A program made the position numbers and the translations under genes. A model generated the notes under the pieces. It saw only the letters and a list, made by a program, of their open reading frames with translations. It was not told the origin of the DNA and did no database searches. Shown piece after piece: positions 41,949 to 51,794 of a stretch of DNA of 64,000 bases (positions are counted from its first letter, which is position 1; the number at the start of each line of letters is the position of its first letter). Source of the DNA: Methanotrichaceae archaeon (lineage in GTDB: Archaea > Halobacteriota > Methanosarcinia > Methanotrichales > Methanotrichaceae); assembly GCA_963748825.1 (NCBI GenBank), contig CAVVKN010000023.1, positions 128,001-192,000 of the forward strand, read 5' to 3'.

Positions 41949-42884
41949 TTACTTCTTGAAGGCGCCTTCCAGGGGCGGGACGACCTGCTTCTTTCGAGAC
42001 AGGCACTTCTCCTTGTAGATGGAGTTATTGGCGAGCTTGCCGCCGAATGCCTTCTCAAATCCTGCCGCAGCAGCCGCATTTCCTACGAAGAGCAGATCGC
42101 TGGCTTCTTTCATGACATCGGTGAGCATGAGCACGACCATATCCAGCTTCTCAGCCTCTTTCATCTTATTCATCTCATCCAGAATGGCAGCTCTCTTGGG
42201 CGCGAGATCGGCTAGATCCATAACCTCGACCTGGCCCACGCCGGACTTGGTGCCGGAGAAGTCGAACTTCTTGAAGTCGCCCATTAGGATGTCCTTGGCG
42301 GACTTGGCGGACATGTTGCTCTTGGCCTTGAGCAGCTCCAAGCCGAACTTCATGGGATCGACGCCCGCGATCTTGGCCAGCTTCTCCACGGCGACCTTGT
42401 CGCGAGGAGTGCAGGTAGGGGACTTGAAGAGCACGGTGTCGGAGAGAATGGCTGACATCATCAGGCCGGCCATCTCCTTGCTGATGGCGATATTGTTCTG
42501 TTCATAGAGATTCGCGATGATGCCGCCCGTCGCGCCCACCGGCTCATTGAGGAAGAATATGGGCTTACCGGTAGCAAGGCCGCCGATCTTGTGGTGGTCT
42601 ACGATCTCCACGATATTTTCCATGTTCAGCTTGTCCACAGCCTGAGCCATCTCATTGTGATCTACCAGGATGACCATCTTGTCGGTGGCATCGGTGAGCT
42701 TCTCAGGATATGCAACTTTGAAGTAATCCAGCAAGAACTTTGTCTCGTCGTTGATGTCTCCTGCGGCGGCAGCGACGACCTCTTTCATTCCCATGGCGTT
42801 CTTCAGATTGGCATAAGCTATTGCAGATGTTACAGAATCGGTATCGGGACTCTTGTGCCCAACTACGTAGATCTTGTCGGTCAA
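41949..42884 (-). CDS. ppaC: Manganese-dependent (family II) inorganic pyrophosphatase
   Basis: GHKSPDTDS, LVDHN, VDHH, ILSDT, SRKKQVVP; GAGGTG RBS before TTG. Confidence 0.95.
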   Translation of the reverse strand: MTDKIYVVGHKSPDTDSVTSAIAYANLKNAMGMKEVVAAAAGDINDETKFLLDYFKVAYPEKLTDATDKMVILVDHNEMAQAVDKLNMENIVEIVDHHKIGGLATGKPIFFLNEPVGATGGIIANLYEQNNIAISKEMAGLMMSAILSDTVLFKSPTCTPRDKVAVEKLAKIAGVDPMKFGLELLKAKSNMSAKSAKDILMGDFKKFDFSGTKSGVGQVEVMDLADLAPKRAAILDEMNKMKEAEKLDMVVLMLTDVMKEASDLLFVGNAAAAAGFEKAFGGKLANNSIYKEKCLSRKKQVVPPLEGAFKK

Positions 42885-42979
42885 ATGAAGCACCTCAGCA
42901 TTGTTAATGTAGAACTTCAACTTAAAGCTTACTAGGCAGCAAAGAAACTCATCAGGAAATTGTTGTACCAGGCTAGGAA

Positions 42980-42991
42980 AACTTTATAAAT
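42980..42991 (+). promoter_or_regulatory. BRE/TATA promoter of the H/ACA RNA
   Basis: ggaaaac-TTTATAAA, about 22 nt upstream of the first hairpin. Confidence 0.65.
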
Positions 42992-43011
42992 TCAAGCTGC
43001 ATTCAAGTAAC

Positions 43012-43240
43012 GTCCCTTTAGAGGGCTGACATGAGCTTAGAATATGTTCTGCTGTGAATGTTGGTGCAAGAAGGGGACTACAGGCCGCGTTGATAGGTCC
43101 TTATGGTAGGATACTGACTATCTGTCTACCTATGACCATGAGACAACCCAAATGCGGTACAGACGCCCGCTACGAGGGTTACTGGGCTGACTGCGGATAC
43201 CCATCGGATGACGTACCAGAGTTAGTATCGGGCGACAATA
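43012..43240 (+). ncRNA. Three-hairpin box H/ACA pseudouridylation guide RNA
   Basis: Basal stems gtcccttt/aaggggac, ccgcgtt/aatgcgg and cgcccg/cgggcg, each followed by ACA (43080, 43159, 43235); internal pockets and GA/UGA K-turn-like motifs. Confidence 0.8.
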
Positions 43241-43305
43241 TCTATTTTCCTTCAAACGGATCACCAGCGACAATTTAATCTCACTCCTGCCCAAAACCTG
43301 GTAGT

Positions 43306-43947
43306 GTGAAGGGACTGCTCATCACCCTGGAGGGCATCGACGGCTCGGGAAAGAGCACTGCTGCCAAACTTATTGCCTCAAAGCTAGCAGAGACAATGCC
43401 CGAAAGGAGATTGGTGCTTACCACCGAGCCTACGGCCGGAGAGGTGGGCCGGATCCTGAGAGCTGAGCTGGCAAGAGCGGGCGGCGAGGAGAGTTCTCCC
43501 GCGCAGCGCATGCAAGAGCTTTTCCTCTTCATGGCAGACCATGCCCATCATCTTACTAAAGTCGTTCTTCCCGCTCTGGAAACGGGTGCAATCGTCATTT
43601 CCGATAGATATGCCGACTCCACCGCCGCCTACCAGGGCGTGACGCTGAGAGGGATCGTTCCCGATCCGGTGCCATGGATCCAGAGCATCTACCGCCCCTG
43701 GAATTTGCGCCCCGATAAAACACTGCTCTTCGTCTTAGACCCACACGTCGCCCTGCAGAGAATGCAGTCGCGTCAGGGACGGCAGAAGTTCGAGAGGCTT
43801 GAGTTCCTGCGATCGGTGGATGAGAACTTCCGGCGCATGGCCGCCCTTGAGCCGGAGCGATTTGCGCAAATAGACGCCGAGCAGGATGCAGAAAAGGTAG
43901 CGGAAGAGGCCATAAAAGCGATCCTCAATCTCATAAGCAGTAGCTAA
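43306..43947 (+). CDS. tmk: Thymidylate kinase
   Basis: LEGIDGSGKST, EP, 'LF.AD', SDRYADS..AYQG. Confidence 0.95.
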   Translation: MKGLLITLEGIDGSGKSTAAKLIASKLAETMPERRLVLTTEPTAGEVGRILRAELARAGGEESSPAQRMQELFLFMADHAHHLTKVVLPALETGAIVISDRYADSTAAYQGVTLRGIVPDPVPWIQSIYRPWNLRPDKTLLFVLDPHVALQRMQSRQGRQKFERLEFLRSVDENFRRMAALEPERFAQIDAEQDAEKVAEEAIKAILNLISSS

Positions 43948-44392
43948 CCTCAAGTTATAGTCGTTTCTTTGCGCGTTCTTTGTGGCTTTGTGCCGTTGTG
44001 TTTCGAGTGGGTAATGGATAATAGAGTTCTCTGTGAGTCCTCCGTGCGCTCTGTGCCTGCGGTGGTGGTAGTATCCTCCGCCATTTTGTTATAACCAGAT
44101 GCTAACGACGACATTTCAACCACAGAGCTCACAGAGAACGCACAGAGACGAACAAACAAGGGAAAACCATAGCAACTTGAGGTTAGTCACTGATCCAAAA
44201 TCCAGGTTGATAATCGTCTCCGTTCGTTCGTCCTCCGTGCGCTTCTAGCGACTCTGCGGTTTTATTCGGTAACCCCATGGTTTGATATTCAGCTACGAAT
44301 ATTAACCGCAGAGACGCAGAGGTCGCAGAGACGTGAAATTTACCATATCAGCGTTCGTAGTGAGGTTAGCCACTGGAAATAGCGAAGAGCCT
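43944..44392. repeat. Cluster of palindromic CACAGAG/CGCAGAG MITE-like repeats
   Basis: Inverted ends ctaacctcaagtt (43944) and aacttgaggttag (44186); internal ctctgtg/cacagag arrays; second IR actctgcggtt..ttcg / cgaa..aaccgcagag. Confidence 0.7.
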
Positions 44393-44394
44393 GA

Positions 44395-45030
44395 TTATTT
44401 TTGTCCGGCAAGAGCCAGTTCTATCAGCCGTTTGGCCCAGGCAAGCTTCCTTTTTTTGCGCGGCGTGACGCTCTCATCCTCAAAGTCAAAGCCGACCAGC
44501 TTTATAGAGGCCGCGCCTAGCTCTTTGGCCAGAAATACACATCGATCTCCATCCGTGAACCCCCCGAAGTTATAGAGGCCCGGCGGCGCATGACACTGCA
44601 CTGTGCCTATGATTCTCTCCAGCTGCGACACATATCTATTCAGAGCATCCAGATTATCTCCGTGGGCATGCACCACCACGATAGAGCCCATCTGATTGGC
44701 CTTTAAAATGGCAGGGAATGGGCCGTCCAGGTCAGTGACCACAATATCGGGCACAATGCCGTGCCTCAAAAGAACCGCTGTGGCCCCATCCGCAGCCAGA
44801 AAGACGGCACCCTTTTCTTGCAGCCCCTCCAGCTCCTTCTCCAGCGAGGGGGCATTGCCGCATACGACTGCCCTATGCCCGGCTACAATTGCCTCTGCGG
44901 CGCATAGCGATGGCTCTCGGCCGCGCAATAGCTCAGCCAGGAGCATTGCCGCATCAACATCTCGGCCAGGAGAAAAGCCGAAGTCTTGCAGGATGGATTG
45001 GTAAAGGGGCTCCCAGGTCGCGAATTGCAT
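44395..45030 (-). CDS. mptE: 6-hydroxymethyl-7,8-dihydropterin pyrophosphokinase
   Basis: AADGA, VVTDLDG, HAHGDN, GGFTDGDR, GFDF, 'K.RKL.WA'. Confidence 0.9.
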   Translation of the reverse strand: MQFATWEPLYQSILQDFGFSPGRDVDAAMLLAELLRGREPSLCAAEAIVAGHRAVVCGNAPSLEKELEGLQEKGAVFLAADGATAVLLRHGIVPDIVVTDLDGPFPAILKANQMGSIVVVHAHGDNLDALNRYVSQLERIIGTVQCHAPPGLYNFGGFTDGDRCVFLAKELGAASIKLVGFDFEDESVTPRKKRKLAWAKRLIELALAGQK

Positions 45031-45131
45031 GCTGAAAATAGGTGCTGCATTTCTTAAAGATCTTTTCCCCAAGATGTTTCTAAAATATTAAGCCTAAGAA
45101 AAATGAAAAGAGAAAGGAAAATCCTCTCTCA

Positions 45132-46111
45132 TTAGATAAATTCTTGGGAACTGAGCCAGGGTTGGTGCCTTGAAGCAGGTGCAGTCGAATACGCCGGTTG
45201 CTGACTTGAAGGGCTTCTTATCAACATAAGCTCATGGTATCGAAACCGCCGAAGCAGCAGGGCAGCCAGTCGTCAGTAACTTCTGATCAGGTGGTAGGGC
45301 ACCTCGAGGGTCATGTTCTTCTCGATGTGATAGGTTCCCCAGTAATCCTCATCGATCTCGATTGAGGGATTCCTCCAGGCAGACTTTTTAGCAGCGAAAG
45401 CATCAGGCCCGCCAGTCCATGGATTTACATCTGCAAAGTTTGTATTTGCCTGCAGTACGCCGATATGGGCCTTGCCGTCCGTTACATCTTCAACTAATTT
45501 CATCTGGGTATAACCAACGGCTTCCCAAGCTCCGGATCCTAGGTCATAGTTAATCTTCTCTTTGGCAACGATTTCCAGTTCCTTATCCAGGGCATGAGCA
45601 TACTCGACCTCATGATGCATGCTGGTGCCGGCACAGATAGTTCTTCACCCAGGTCTTTTCCTTGAGCAGAGAGCTGTAATCCAGTGGATTTGCCGCATAA
45701 TAGCCGGTTCCGACAGCGATCCTCATGGGCGCATAGACCATGGAGACATCCTCTTTGAACTGGATGCAGTTCTGCATCGAAGTCATTGTAGTCGGAGTAT
45801 GTCGTTATGATGTCGAGTGATCCAAGTTCTGGTAGGTCAAAGTGGCCTCGCTGTTTAAGGAGCCGCAGCCGTGAGCGTAATTCTTCACGGCAACGATTCC
45901 CGGCCTTAGCATACAGGTAGGTAACGAAGTAACCATTTCCCTGCACGCTCTGCTCAAAGTCGAATGTCGTATTTCTCTCTTCGTATCCACTATATGTTTG
46001 CCCATACGCATTATAACCAGCTGGTGGCGTAGCTGGAAATTGAGCAAATGAACACCTTATGAGCGACACTAAAACCATTGCTACCACCATTGCTAGTATA
46101 GCCTTCTTCAG
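45132..46111 (-). CDS. Secreted Cys-tailed hypothetical protein with at least 6 apparent frameshifts
   Basis: GGAGGG RBS, CTG start and signal peptide; ORF pieces concatenate to ...KNYAHG.GS...TGYY...SLLKEKTWVKNY...WLPCCFGG...FDCTCFK. Confidence 0.65.
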
Positions 46112-46255
46112 ATCAATCCCTCCATCTAAAGCGAATAACACTATTCTTTATGATTCTGCTTTCCGTAAGTCAACGCACCTATTTTAATCTGTTGATTGCC
46201 TTTTTATTAACAGAGAGAGAGATAAGACTTTTCCCCTTGCGCAATCAGATTACAT

Positions 46256-47267
46256 AAGTCCTTTCTTTGTCTTGGTTGCACCGATTAGCTTGATAATCGT
46301 TTCATAGCTGGCCAACGGCTTTCCACGCCAATTCATGCTTATGAATGAGAACATGCAATGCTCAATCTTATTCCATTTGCTTGTCCCCGGCGGAAAATGA
46401 CAGACTGTTATTGTCACTCCAATTTTGTCCGCCAAATCCTGCAAAAAGAATTTCCAGCTTCTGTTTCGGCTTCCATTGCTTCCTCCTCCATCCGCACAGA
46501 TAAGCAAATTTTTACATTCTACATAATTGTATTTTCCAATCATATTCCACCATTGTCGGATGCTTTCAACGGCGAACTCCGCAGTGTTATAGCTCTTGCC
46601 CACATTAACCAAGCCATCATTTCGTTTGAGATCATAAATACCATAAGGTATCGCAGAGCCTATTGCTAACGATGGAAAATCATACACATTTACCTCTTCG
46701 GGATCGCCTATTTGCCTCCAAGTTCTACCTGAGTTCTTAAAATCGCCAATGCTCTCTTTTTTCTTTGCGTCTACAGAAATTACAGGATCGCCATTATCTA
46801 TGAATTTGGCTGCCTGTGTATTAATATAACGAAACTGACTATCTCTCTCAGGAACTGATTTGCCTTCTAATGTTTTTTTATTGGCTTGAAGCGAATAGCC
46901 ACTTTCTTTCAAGAGACGTCCTACCGTATCGTGGCTCACATCATGCCCTTTTAACTGTAGCTCTTCGGCTATGGCATAGGTCGATTTATATGTCCATTTA
47001 AGAAGGCTCATTGGATCGCCTGCCGTGCTTTCTTTCATGAGATCTTCCAGGTCACTCATAAGAGATGGGTCCGTGTTTTTAGCCTTCTTCCGTCCGCCAC
47101 CTGGCTTGCGGAGCCTCTCCGGCGGCTTCAATTCATCTTCGTTCTCAAGCTCTTGAACGCCCTTATCGATGGTCTTTCTGGATAATCCAGTTATGGCAGA
47201 GACTTTTGAGACACCACCCCGACCGATCTCAAGGGCTTTGGCCGCTGCAAATCGCCTTGCTGGTCGG
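46256..47267 (-). mobile_element. ISAzo13-family transposase fragment, truncated at both ends
   Basis: 'R.PGGGRK', 'GDP.S.L.WT', ISVDAKKKE, ADGGGSNG, PPGTSKWNKIEH; flanked by 13-bp direct repeats. Confidence 0.9.
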
Positions 47268-47606
47268 AATCAGATTACATGCATAACCAAAAGGTTAATA
47301 CGTAATGCGTTTATCGATATGTAGTAGTATGCTCGCTCCTATCGATCTTATGATAAGGTCATCTTTTGGTCAAAACCATTTTGCACGAGAATCAGGCTAT
47401 TTGGACAGAGAATCAAAAAAGGATTTATAATTATATCAAGATTGACATCGATCATAAGATCTGAAAATCGAGCATGCAAAAAACCCCACCATGTATAGTG
47501 CTAAAAGAGAAGACCTTCGCCACCCAGGCGAAGGATTCCCGGGTTTTTTGGTTCCAAATTGGAACCAAACCCCAGCCGCAGGCTGGAACAGGAGGACAAA
47601 CGGGGG

Positions 47607-48467
47607 ATGCTGGCAGAACTGGAAGATAAGAGAGGCAAACTCAGACAGGAGTCCCTTGCCTTCAAGGATCGAAGAAGCCAACTTAACGCTGAAGCGAGCA
47701 AATGGGCCGCTAAGCGGAATGAGCTGAACAAGGCCACCAAAGAGCTAATAGACAAGGCCCAGGAGCTTAAGAAGCTGCGGGACGAAAATAACAAGAATGT
47801 GGCCGATTCCAAGAAGGAAAGGGATGATTACAATGAGAAGACCAATCAGCTCTATGCAAGGATAGATGATATCCGCAAGAAGTACAACCTCACCGGCGAG
47901 CGTTCCATAAGGGATCTGCGCCGCGAGATCGATCACCTGGAATTCAGGCAGCAGACTGAGGTCTTAAGCCCGGATAAAGAGAAGCAACTGGTCGATAAGA
48001 TCGCCGCCTTGCATGCAGAGTTCAAAGGCAGAAAAGAGCAGCTTGAGAAGAACGAAGAGCTGAGGAAGCTTCTCGATGAAGCGCAAGCCATGAGAGATCA
48101 GGCTTCTAACCACCACGATCAGGTCACCAAGTTCGCGGAAATGGCCCAGGAATACCACGATCAGATGATAGGCACCTTTAAAGAAGCCGATCAGACTCGT
48201 GCCGAAGCCGATGCCGCTCACAAGGAGTTCGTGAAGGCCCAGGAGGCCGCCGATGAGCAGCATAAAGAGTTCATCCGCACCCAGAGAGAGGTTCGCGACT
48301 TCGAAAAGGTCATCGTGGGCTTGAAGAAGAAAAACCGGGACATAAAGGAAGATCGCGCCAAAGAGGTTGCCAAGCGCGAAGCCGAAGATATCCTTACCCA
48401 CTTCAGGCAGGGCGAGAAGCTGAACACAGCCGACCTACTAAGGCTGCAACGTGCCGGCCTAGTTTGA
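47607..48467 (+). CDS. Conserved archaeal coiled-coil protein (COG1340-like)
   Basis: Long heptad coil; 'LEF.QQT.VL....E..LV', 'GEKL.T.DLL.LQ'. Confidence 0.85.
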   Translation: MLAELEDKRGKLRQESLAFKDRRSQLNAEASKWAAKRNELNKATKELIDKAQELKKLRDENNKNVADSKKERDDYNEKTNQLYARIDDIRKKYNLTGERSIRDLRREIDHLEFRQQTEVLSPDKEKQLVDKIAALHAEFKGRKEQLEKNEELRKLLDEAQAMRDQASNHHDQVTKFAEMAQEYHDQMIGTFKEADQTRAEADAAHKEFVKAQEAADEQHKEFIRTQREVRDFEKVIVGLKKKNRDIKEDRAKEVAKREAEDILTHFRQGEKLNTADLLRLQRAGLV

Positions 48468-48581
48468 TTTGCACTAAAATTTGAATTTATGGGCAGAGAA
48501 CCTGCCCCTCTAAGATTTTATGCATCTTTCTTCGCAGAACTTCATTAGATGCTTCTTTGAGCCGATTATCAATTCAGTAGC

Positions 48582-49127
48582 ATGCAAGACCGTAAGCTTT
48601 TAAGCCTCCTCATCAGATCGGAATTGATGAATGAGATTCGCCTGCTCTTCGGAAAGCCGGTTATCAGGGAAAAAGAGCAGCTTTTATCAGCGATTAAAGA
48701 TCTACAATCCCGTCATGGCTGCATAGTGCAGGCCCTCGACGCAGATAAGATCGCAGGTGAGAGACATATCCGCTTTGCCGCCGAGAAGGCGCTGACAGCT
48801 TTTTCCGAAGCGAGAAACATCGCTAAAGATGCAGGAATGGAAATCATGCGTTACGCCTCCGGAGAGAGGCAGATTGAAAGATCCCTTTTCATGAGAGTAT
48901 CGGATCGTACAGAGAGAATAGCACTTGTCCTCACCGGCTGCGGCAGCTGGCCGGACGCCTCGGAGCTATCCCGGATCATAGAGCAGGACGGGCAGGGCTG
49001 TTCGTTTTGTGCAAAGGCTGTAAAAGAGGCTTTTAATATCTCTTCCGAAGAGCTACGAGCCGTGGGCGAGGAAAGGATAGAAGACCTGGTCATCGAAAGA
49101 GTGGCCCTGGTGGACACATACCGGTAA
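48582..49127 (+). CDS. cgi121: KEOPS complex subunit Cgi121 (start may be 48627)
   Basis: 'QALDAD.IAG.RH..FA..KA', 'E...YASG.RQI', 'LV.ERVAL'. Confidence 0.85.
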   Translation: MQDRKLLSLLIRSELMNEIRLLFGKPVIREKEQLLSAIKDLQSRHGCIVQALDADKIAGERHIRFAAEKALTAFSEARNIAKDAGMEIMRYASGERQIERSLFMRVSDRTERIALVLTGCGSWPDASELSRIIEQDGQGCSFCAKAVKEAFNISSEELRAVGEERIEDLVIERVALVDTYR

Positions 49128-49143
49128 ACAGCAAAAAATAAGG

Positions 49144-49755
49144 ATGAGTTGTAAAATGAAAGAAGAATTCTACACCGAGAAGCGATGGCTTAACTGGATG
49201 AATAAGGTCAAGGAAAGCAAATTCAAGCTTACCGAAGAGGATGATAAGAACTCGGGTGCCGTCTTCATCTACATCATGGATGACGTGGTGCTGGCCTGCC
49301 TCAAGGTAATAGCCCGATGCGAGCACACGGTTATAACTCCCGAAGAGGCCCTAGCCGAGATCACGGCCATCAGGTCGATTGTCTTTGCCGAGAACGAATC
49401 CATGGGAGAAGATGCAGATTTGATGCTCGAATCCCTCAAGACATCTCTTGCCGCAGTATTCGTCTCCAGCCAGCGCTATATCATAGGAATCTTTGATCGC
49501 GAAAGCCCCCTGGGAGAGATGGTGGCAAAGGCGGTTGCTGCCGAGCAAGAGGATAACCTGGATGATGCATTCGATCTGCTCAGTCAGGTAGGGGCCAGAG
49601 TGATAGGCGGAGAGAGCCTTCCTGAGATTGGCGACATACCTTACTGCATGACGGCAGAGCTTATGGACGGAATTGATGCCATATCGGCAGCAATGCTTGG
49701 CGATGATAGCTACAAAGATGACGATGGGTCAGAGGATACAGGCGGGGCCGACTAG
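49144..49755 (+). CDS. DUF2150 family protein
   Basis: 'FYT..RW.NW', 'DDV.LAC.KV', acidic tail. Confidence 0.75.
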   Translation: MSCKMKEEFYTEKRWLNWMNKVKESKFKLTEEDDKNSGAVFIYIMDDVVLACLKVIARCEHTVITPEEALAEITAIRSIVFAENESMGEDADLMLESLKTSLAAVFVSSQRYIIGIFDRESPLGEMVAKAVAAEQEDNLDDAFDLLSQVGARVIGGESLPEIGDIPYCMTAELMDGIDAISAAMLGDDSYKDDDGSEDTGGAD

Positions 49756-50633
49756 CTTGATCTAGTTATTACCTCGCATCCCTTCTCGAGAACCACAATT
49801 GTGTGCTCGGCCTGAGAGACCAGGGCCCCTTCAACCTCCCAGAGTACAGGATATCTGTGCACGGCGTTGCTGCGGAGGAGCTGCATGAGCGCATATTCCG
49901 CTCTTTCGCCTTTGAGCCAGCGCCGAGCAAAGGGAAGTGTTTTGTAGCTTTCTGAAATCTCTTTTAAGAGCGTTCGAGCCGCAGGAAGCCGCACTGGCCG
50001 CAAAGCGGAAAAGCCATATATCTCGTTGATGAGAGCCTCGCTGATCCTGCCCGAGCCATTGGTGGCAAAGGGCTCGATAGCGATAACATCTCCATCCTTC
50101 AAGACGGTGCCCTTCTCCATAGCCCGGTTGGGCACAGCGGGCTCGTCATGGGCCAGATATCTGGACAGACCGTGGCCTGTCAAGTTATATACCGGCTTGT
50201 AGCCGTAGCCGGTTATGGCCTCTTCTATGACCTTGCCGATCTGGGCCGTGTCGATACCAGGCCTAATTATCTCTAAAGCCGCCTCTAGAGCGACATGGGA
50301 GGCCTCGACCAGGCTTTCATGGCCGCTCAGGTCAATTGTGATGGCGGCGTCGGCAATATAGCCGTCCACGTGCACACCCACATCCAGCTTGACCATATTC
50401 TCGCCAAAACGAGAGGCATCAAGGGGCGAAGGCGTATAATGAGCCGCGTTTCTATCCAGAGATATGTTGCAGGGAAAGGCAGGCTTTGCGCCCCTTGATC
50501 TGATCGCATCCTCCACGAAATTTGCCACATCCAGCAGTGACGCGCCCAATTCAACTCGCGGCCTTGCCTCAGCCAGCACTTCGGCCAGGATTCGCCCTGC
50601 CTTTCTGTAATTCTCTAAAATTTCAGTTTCCAT
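49752..50633 (-). CDS. map: Type II methionine aminopeptidase
   Basis: AFPCN, AAHYTP, KLDVGVHVDG.IAD, NLTGH, IEPF, QAEHT. Confidence 0.96.
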   Translation of the reverse strand: METEILENYRKAGRILAEVLAEARPRVELGASLLDVANFVEDAIRSRGAKPAFPCNISLDRNAAHYTPSPLDASRFGENMVKLDVGVHVDGYIADAAITIDLSGHESLVEASHVALEAALEIIRPGIDTAQIGKVIEEAITGYGYKPVYNLTGHGLSRYLAHDEPAVPNRAMEKGTVLKDGDVIAIEPFATNGSGRISEALINEIYGFSALRPVRLPAARTLLKEISESYKTLPFARRWLKGERAEYALMQLLRSNAVHRYPVLWEVEGALVSQAEHTIVVLEKGCEVITRSS

Positions 50634-50642
50634 TGATAACAC

Positions 50643-51788
50643 CTAAAGCACGAGCTTCCTCTCGAAATGGGTAAGGTTCTCAGAGCCATTTTCCTTTACC
50701 ACTACCAGGTCCTCCAGACGCACGCCTCCGATATCGGGATAGTACAGCCCCGGCTCCACAGTTACCACGTGATTGACCTGCAGGACCTCACCAATCTCGC
50801 TCAGGAGAGGTTTTTCGTGCACATCCAGGCCCACGCCATGCCCGGTGGAATGGGTAAAGCCGCGGCCCTCTCTCTCCGGGTATCCCTGATCCAGGAAGAC
50901 CTGAGAGACCCGAGAATGAACTTCCTTGCCAGAAATGCCTGCACGGATGGCCTTAAGGCCCTCGTCCTGCGCCAAACGCACCGCCTCGTAGATCTCTTTT
51001 GCCTCGGGCGCGGCTTCGCCCTTGAGAACGGTGCGCGTCATATCGGCAAAGTACCGGCTGCTCTTAGAGCGCGGAAAGATATCGATGACAATGGGAGCAT
51101 TAGCTGCTATTGGACCCGTCCCTCGCGCATGAGGGTCGGCCCCCGCGAGGCCGCCGGCAACGATGGTGTCCAATGCCTCGCAGCCGTCCTCTAGCAGGGA
51201 TATCTCAATTGCGCCGCGCACCTTTTCCGAGGTAAGAGGCTGACCATCACGATAGAGCAATTCCCCGCGCGGCTTGGAGCTGCCTATTAGAAGAATCGCC
51301 TGACGCATGGCCCTCTCGCAGGCCCTCTGCGTGCAGCCGATTGCATCCAGCTCCTCTTGCCTCTTTATCCCCCTCCAGCGCGAGGCGGGGCTCTCCAGGA
51401 TAGAGACCTCAAAATCCATGGTTAGATGCTGGTAAAAACCAGCCGGAAAGCGAAAAGGCACGCCCAGACGCCTTATGCCGTGACCCTGCAAAAACTCCAC
51501 CAGCACCCGATAATAAGCCTCTTCCGGATTTTTGCATTTCTTCAGCGTTTCCATGATCTGGTATTGGGCGGTGCTCAGACACTCATCCGCAATGGACTCT
51601 TTCCCAGCCCGGCCCATCTCCATGGAAGAGACGAGCAGTGTAGTTTTCTCCTGGGCAAGAAGGGCGAATTTGTCGCCGGCCAGAAAGTGAGTGAGATAAT
51701 ACATATCAGCATCACAGATGCTGTCGCCGACAAAGAGAAAACCGTCCAGATTATGCCGACCTAGAAAGATCTGGATTGGAGAAGGCAC
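50643..51788 (-). CDS. Xaa-Pro peptidase (M24B)
   Basis: ADMTRT, HSTGHGVGLDVHE, TVEPGLY, GVRLED. Confidence 0.93.
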   Translation of the reverse strand: MPSPIQIFLGRHNLDGFLFVGDSICDADMYYLTHFLAGDKFALLAQEKTTLLVSSMEMGRAGKESIADECLSTAQYQIMETLKKCKNPEEAYYRVLVEFLQGHGIRRLGVPFRFPAGFYQHLTMDFEVSILESPASRWRGIKRQEELDAIGCTQRACERAMRQAILLIGSSKPRGELLYRDGQPLTSEKVRGAIEISLLEDGCEALDTIVAGGLAGADPHARGTGPIAANAPIVIDIFPRSKSSRYFADMTRTVLKGEAAPEAKEIYEAVRLAQDEGLKAIRAGISGKEVHSRVSQVFLDQGYPEREGRGFTHSTGHGVGLDVHEKPLLSEIGEVLQVNHVVTVEPGLYYPDIGGVRLEDLVVVKENGSENLTHFERKLVL

Positions 51789-51794
51789 GAATAA

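Noticed and set aside
43054-43278. 74-aa ORF
   Set aside because: Overlaps the H/ACA RNA and has no recognisable protein features
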